A stretch of 64,000 nucleotides of DNA, taken from NCBI GenBank assembly GCA_030059675.1, contig JANVYQ010000006.1, forward strand, positions 32,001 through 96,000, given 5' to 3'. The translations under genes and the position numbers were made by a program. Under the pieces are notes generated by a model, which saw only the letters and a list, made by a program, of their open reading frames with translations, ran no database searches and was not told where the DNA came from. Shown piece by piece: positions 59,885-64,000 of the stretch (position 1 is its first letter; every line of letters starts with the position of its first letter). Origin of the DNA: Candidatus Pelearchaeum maunauluense. GTDB lineage: Archaea > Thermoproteota > Nitrososphaeria_A > Caldarchaeales > Caldarchaeaceae.

Positions 59885-61051
59885 CTAAACCAGTGGAATT
59901 ACTCCTTCAGATGTTTTGACGTAGCTATGGATAGCTCTCTCAGAAACCTCTTCAATTATAGGCTCAGGGTCAAGCTGCTCTGGAACCATCACACCATACC
60001 CCTCAATATCCTCTTCAGCTAGCATCTTGGCAACTACCGCGGGAACGGTGCCTGTAAGATAGGCGGTTGCACTAGTCCTAAACTGCTTATAAGCATCCAC
60101 ATGGCTCATGAGCGTATACATCGTATACGTTACTATGCGCCCATCTTTCTCGCCTGTTACCTCTACGACAAGGCCTGCATGGCCTTCTATGTAGCGCGAG
60201 ACATCTGCGGGTTTGGGAATTAGTGAGAAAAGCACGTCCTTCGGAGCTATCTTCATGCCGTTTACAGAGAGCTTTCTGGCTCTAAGGAGGCCTATCTTCT
60301 TGAATAGCTTAAGAGCTTGAATCAGCTCGTCAGATAAGGCTAGCTTAAAGTCTACGTATCTTATTCCCTTTCTGATGAAGCGGGGCAGTGTGAATACCTC
60401 TTCATGGTTTACCGAGTAGACTGGCTGCCTTCCTATTGGTTCTGGGAAATAGTATATCTCGTGGCCTCCGAATGGTGGGAGACGCTTATACTCGCCGTCT
60501 TCGTATATGTAGGAGGGGCATAGAACCTCATCAAAGAAGACCTCTGGAGAGAAAAGCACCACTATCGGGTGTTTCCTACTCTTGGATACTTCACCATCCC
60601 TTATCCTAATTTCAGACACCTTATCCAGCTTATCAGCTGCGTATCTCGCATATAGGTTAGACAGTCCAGGGTCCTCGCCCAAACATATTAACGCCAATAG
60701 CTCTTTATTCTTCCAACGCCTGTCCTGAGCAATCTGTTCCTCCAATTCATCACTCGCGAGGTCTATATAATTCACGTCATTCTTCAGGCATATCTCCATT
60801 AGCTGTAGGTTAAAGTCTGGTTTTGATGCGTTGAGTAGTAGGTCATGGTTCTTTATTACTTCTGTAAGATATTCAGGCTTTGAAGCGTCAAGTAGCTCTA
60901 TGCGCACTCTCCTATTTTTTATAAGGCGCTTAACCCTACGTAGTCTCCGTATATCTACATCAGCGACGGTTAGAGATATGCGGCTGCTTTCTGCTAGATG
61001 ACGCGCTATAACCTGACCTACAGCGCCTACTCCTAGGATAAGAGTCTTCAT
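59885..61051 (-). CDS. Saccharopine dehydrogenase-like / carboxy(nor)spermidine dehydrogenase-like oxidoreductase
   Basis: ILGVGAVG, NYIDLA, GEDPGLSN, FSPE, HEEV. Confidence 0.88.
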   Translation of the reverse strand: MKTLILGVGAVGQVIARHLAESSRISLTVADVDIRRLRRVKRLIKNRRVRIELLDASKPEYLTEVIKNHDLLLNASKPDFNLQLMEICLKNDVNYIDLASDELEEQIAQDRRWKNKELLALICLGEDPGLSNLYARYAADKLDKVSEIRIRDGEVSKSRKHPIVVLFSPEVFFDEVLCPSYIYEDGEYKRLPPFGGHEIYYFPEPIGRQPVYSVNHEEVFTLPRFIRKGIRYVDFKLALSDELIQALKLFKKIGLLRARKLSVNGMKIAPKDVLFSLIPKPADVSRYIEGHAGLVVEVTGEKDGRIVTYTMYTLMSHVDAYKQFRTSATAYLTGTVPAVVAKMLAEEDIEGYGVMVPEQLDPEPIIEEVSERAIHSYVKTSEGVIPLV

Positions 61052-61240
61052 GATATACCACCATAGCTGGCATAGCCGCGGGAGCTTACGCTAAAAGCCC
61101 CCATCAGAGGGTCGTCACAATCAGAATCCTCCTCTAACAGCCTCCCAGCCCCTTATGCTGCGCAGCGACCACAGCCGCCAACGGCAAGAGAGACGCATCT
61201 GGCGGCCATGTTGTCGCCAGTGTTGTTCAGCACAGTCCCG
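61052..61240 (-). promoter_or_regulatory. Long structured 5' leader, candidate cis-regulatory RNA
   Basis: Nested stems 61165-61217 and about 61080-61146, GTGACGA-N4-CTGA motif, short uORFs. Confidence 0.45.
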
Positions 61241-61345
61241 TATTTATGCATTCGGTCTTAAATATCTCTGGGAAGCTCAACAATAGACTATTTCCGCAGA
61301 GCGCTTATATATTATTCTGTGACCTCGCTCAGGGAAGGGCTGGAA

Positions 61346-62566
61346 ATGGCTGGTAGGCGTGATGTTCTGAAAATAGCTGTAACTGGTATAGCTGGCCTAC
61401 TGATAGGTGGTGCTGGAGCATTCTTTGCCAGGCAGCGGGAAGTTGATAGGCTGAAGAAGGAGGTTGAAGACCTAGCGAAGCAAGCAGGAATACCGACAAA
61501 AACCGTAACCGAAACCAGAACCCTAACGACCACCGTTCTCGGAAAGCCGCAACTTGAGAAAAACCTAAACATATACAACTGGACATTCTACGTTAACCGG
61601 AACCTCGTTGATTGGTGGGCTAAAGAGAATGAGATATCGCTGGTGTATGACTATTTCGGGTCCTTAGACGAGGTTTCGGCTAAGCTAGAGACTGGCGCGA
61701 GCGGCTATGACATAGCGGTTGTGAGCGACGCGAAGGTTAAGGAGGTGGCCGACCTAGGGCTGATAGAGGAGATAGACCTTAAGAAGATACCTAACTTCAA
61801 GTATGTCCCTGACGAGTTTAAGAACCCGCCATACGACCCTGGAAATAGGTTTAGCGTGATATACAGTTATGGAACCACGGGACTGGGCTGGAATAGCAAT
61901 AGAGTAGAGCCGCCAGTTACTGCGTGGGGTGATGTCTTTGAACCTGATAGGCATCTGGGCAAGTATAAGGGTAAGATAACCATGCACTCGGATACCGATG
62001 AGACTTTCGCCGCCACGCTCATCTACCTAGGCAAAGACCCCAACAGCACGAAGGACGAGGATCTCCGAGAGGCTATTGAAGCGTTGATAAAGCAGAAGCC
62101 CTATCTGGCTGGTTATGCCACAACCGAAGAATATATGGAGGGTCTTGAGACAGAACGCTTCCTAATAAGCCATGCCTGGAACGGCGACATAGCTGGCGTA
62201 GTCTACGCCAGTGACGAAAGGCAGGTTACCGTCTCTAAATCCTTGGACTACATAGTATACACGGTTCCTGAGGAGGGCGCGTTGGCGTGGTATGATAACT
62301 TCGTGATACCCAAGGGAGCGCAGAACAAGGAGGCTGCCCACGCTTTCATAAACTTTATGCTAGACCCGCGCGTCGCCGCTATAAACAGTATAACCATCAA
62401 GTATCCATTCCCAACAGGTGTTGACTATGTACCAGAAGAGATAGCGAAGGATCAGATGATATTCACGCCCCGCGAGCTGTTGGCGAAGCTTCACTTGAGA
62501 AGGCCTTTCACGCCAGATGAGCGGCAGAAGCGTCAGGAGTACTGGCTTGAGCTTATGGCGGCGTAA
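61346..62566 (+). CDS. potD: Spermidine/putrescine ABC substrate-binding protein with Tat-like signal
   Basis: RRDVLK, LNIYNW, GYDIAV, AWNGD, PEEG...WYDNFVIP, FINFMLDP; start reassigned to ATG 61346. Confidence 0.92.
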   Translation: MAGRRDVLKIAVTGIAGLLIGGAGAFFARQREVDRLKKEVEDLAKQAGIPTKTVTETRTLTTTVLGKPQLEKNLNIYNWTFYVNRNLVDWWAKENEISLVYDYFGSLDEVSAKLETGASGYDIAVVSDAKVKEVADLGLIEEIDLKKIPNFKYVPDEFKNPPYDPGNRFSVIYSYGTTGLGWNSNRVEPPVTAWGDVFEPDRHLGKYKGKITMHSDTDETFAATLIYLGKDPNSTKDEDLREAIEALIKQKPYLAGYATTEEYMEGLETERFLISHAWNGDIAGVVYASDERQVTVSKSLDYIVYTVPEEGALAWYDNFVIPKGAQNKEAAHAFINFMLDPRVAAINSITIKYPFPTGVDYVPEEIAKDQMIFTPRELLAKLHLRRPFTPDERQKRQEYWLELMAA

Positions 62567-62631
62567 ATCGTTTCCCCACCATTATATCTTTATTTGGTAT
62601 TTCTGGCTGCGTGATGGGGTAGAGCGGGGCA

Positions 62632-63516
62632 GTGTCGCTGCTCGGCAGCCTCGTGAGGAAGGTCAGGAGGAGTAGGCGGGTTAAGCTTACACTTCTCCTA
62701 GCTCCACCACTGGCGTTCTTGGCTATCTGGTTTTATGCACCATTCATCATAACAGGGCTATACAGCCTGGACATGATTACACGCGCTAGGGAAATAGTCT
62801 TCACCCCCTCGCTGAAATATTATGAGCGCATACTCGGCTGGCGCAGCGGGCTTACAATAATGCTCCGCTCACTATACTTTGGAGCGCTCACCACAGCAAT
62901 CTGCCTGCTCATAAGCTACCCACTCGCTTACTATATCTCATTCAAAGTCAAGAAACACAAGGATGTCCTAATAGTCCTCTTTATAATACCGTTCTGGGTA
63001 AGCTTCCTACTTAGAACATACGCCTTCATGACGCTCTTGGATGAGCGGAGCTTCATAAACAACATCCTACTCTCCCTTGGACTGATACAACAGCCCCTAC
63101 AGCTGCTCTATACGGATGTGGCGGTGATAACTGTTATGGTATATGACTACATGCTCTTTATGGTCCTCCCATTATACGCTAACCTAGAGAAGCTGGATAA
63201 GAGCTTGCTTGAAGCTTCTTCAACGCTCGGCGCTGGGCCAGTATCAACATTCTTCAGAGTCACTCTACCGCTAAGTATGCCTGGCATACTGGCGGGCTCG
63301 TTATTGGTGTTCATACCTGCTGTGGGCGAGTTTGTAGTCCCAGCGCTAGTAGGGGGGCCGAACAACTTCATGATAGGAAATCTTATTTATCAAATATTCC
63401 TCGGGGCACGCCACTGGTGGATAGGCTCAGCCCTCTCAATACTATTCATAGCCATGATACTCGTACTGGCGATAATCTACTTAAAGAAAGTCGGTAGTGT
63501 GGGGCCGTCGTTCTGA
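62632..63516 (+). CDS. potB: Spermidine/putrescine ABC permease
   Basis: PFWVSFLLRTYA, FMVLPLY, LLEASSTLGA, GEFVVPALVGG. Confidence 0.92.
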   Translation: MSLLGSLVRKVRRSRRVKLTLLLAPPLAFLAIWFYAPFIITGLYSLDMITRAREIVFTPSLKYYERILGWRSGLTIMLRSLYFGALTTAICLLISYPLAYYISFKVKKHKDVLIVLFIIPFWVSFLLRTYAFMTLLDERSFINNILLSLGLIQQPLQLLYTDVAVITVMVYDYMLFMVLPLYANLEKLDKSLLEASSTLGAGPVSTFFRVTLPLSMPGILAGSLLVFIPAVGEFVVPALVGGPNNFMIGNLIYQIFLGARHWWIGSALSILFIAMILVLAIIYLKKVGSVGPSF

Positions 63517-64000
63517 TGAAGAAAACAAACCTATTCCTCATGATTTTCACAGTCTTTGTCTTCATATTCCTATACGCCCCGATGGTTATCATGGTTATCT
63601 TCTCATTCAACGAGGCAAAATCGCTTGGTGTCTTTACGGCGTTCTCGCTAAAATGGTATGAAAAAATATTCACCAATACCGAGGTATGGGTAGCTCTCTA
63701 TAACTCCGTATGGGTTGGCGCTGTGGTTACAGCCGTATCTATAGTGTTGGGTATGATGATGGCCTTAGCGGTTACGCGTTTCAGCTTCGTTGGGAAGCCA
63801 ATACTTGACGCGCTAATACTGATACCTATAATAATCCCTGAGATAACAGAGGCTCTCTCGCTCCTCGTGATGTATGTCTTCCTAAACATCCCCCTAGGGC
63901 CTCTTACAGTTATAATAGGACACGCAGCCTTTGATGTAGCTTTTGTCACAGTGGTTCTGCGGGCTAGGATGGCTGGCTACGATAGAACCGTGGAGGAGGC
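63516..64000 (+). CDS. potC: Spermidine/putrescine ABC permease, 5' part truncated by the window
   Basis: TGATG overlap with potB; FLYAPM...FSFN, FSLKWY, PIIIPEI. Confidence 0.88.
   Translation, partial: MKKTNLFLMIFTVFVFIFLYAPMVIMVIFSFNEAKSLGVFTAFSLKWYEKIFTNTEVWVALYNSVWVGAVVTAVSIVLGMMMALAVTRFSFVGKPILDALILIPIIIPEITEALSLLVMYVFLNIPLGPLTVIIGHAAFDVAFVTVVLRARMAGYDRTVEE

Noticed and set aside
1-64000. CRISPR array, tRNA, rRNA, transposase or integrase
   Set aside because: No regularly spaced direct repeats, cloverleaf/T-loop motifs or recombinase motifs were seen; intergenic gaps are short.

Overview
Archaeal window, most likely from a thermophilic TACK archaeon such as Aigarchaeota/Caldarchaeales (inferred from TATA/BRE promoters, GGTGA-type Shine-Dalgarno (SD) sites, frequent TTG starts, aIF5A, the archaeal ADH-synthase/DHQ-synthase II shikimate route, pantoate kinase, WtpABC and A-type ATPase subunits). 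It carries an intact ask-asd-aroA'-aroB'-aroD-aroE-aroK-aroA operon, sdhACDB, cimA, Liv-, Pot- and Wtp-type ABC transporters, four class III aminotransferases, an orphan Mo-hydroxylase large subunit, two thiolase/DUF35 pairs and about nine decaying accessory genes. I saw no rRNA, tRNA, CRISPR array or transposase. The strongest novel signal is an unannotated 23-24 codon leader ORF (18202-18276, ending FSAFTTFSYYYRW) with its own SD directly upstream of the aromatic amino acid operon. It is followed by an anti-SD segment with two mutually exclusive pairing partners and a U-rich tract, making it a candidate ribosome-mediated Phe/Tyr/Trp attenuator in an archaeon. Other highlights: a perfect 57-bp inverted repeat shared in frame by two divergent aminotransferase genes, a structured leader in the polyamine locus, two genes that appear to need ATT/ATC start codons, and an unannotated 40-aa coiled-coil ORF coupled to atpD. 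All calls are from reading motifs by eye; no database searches were run.
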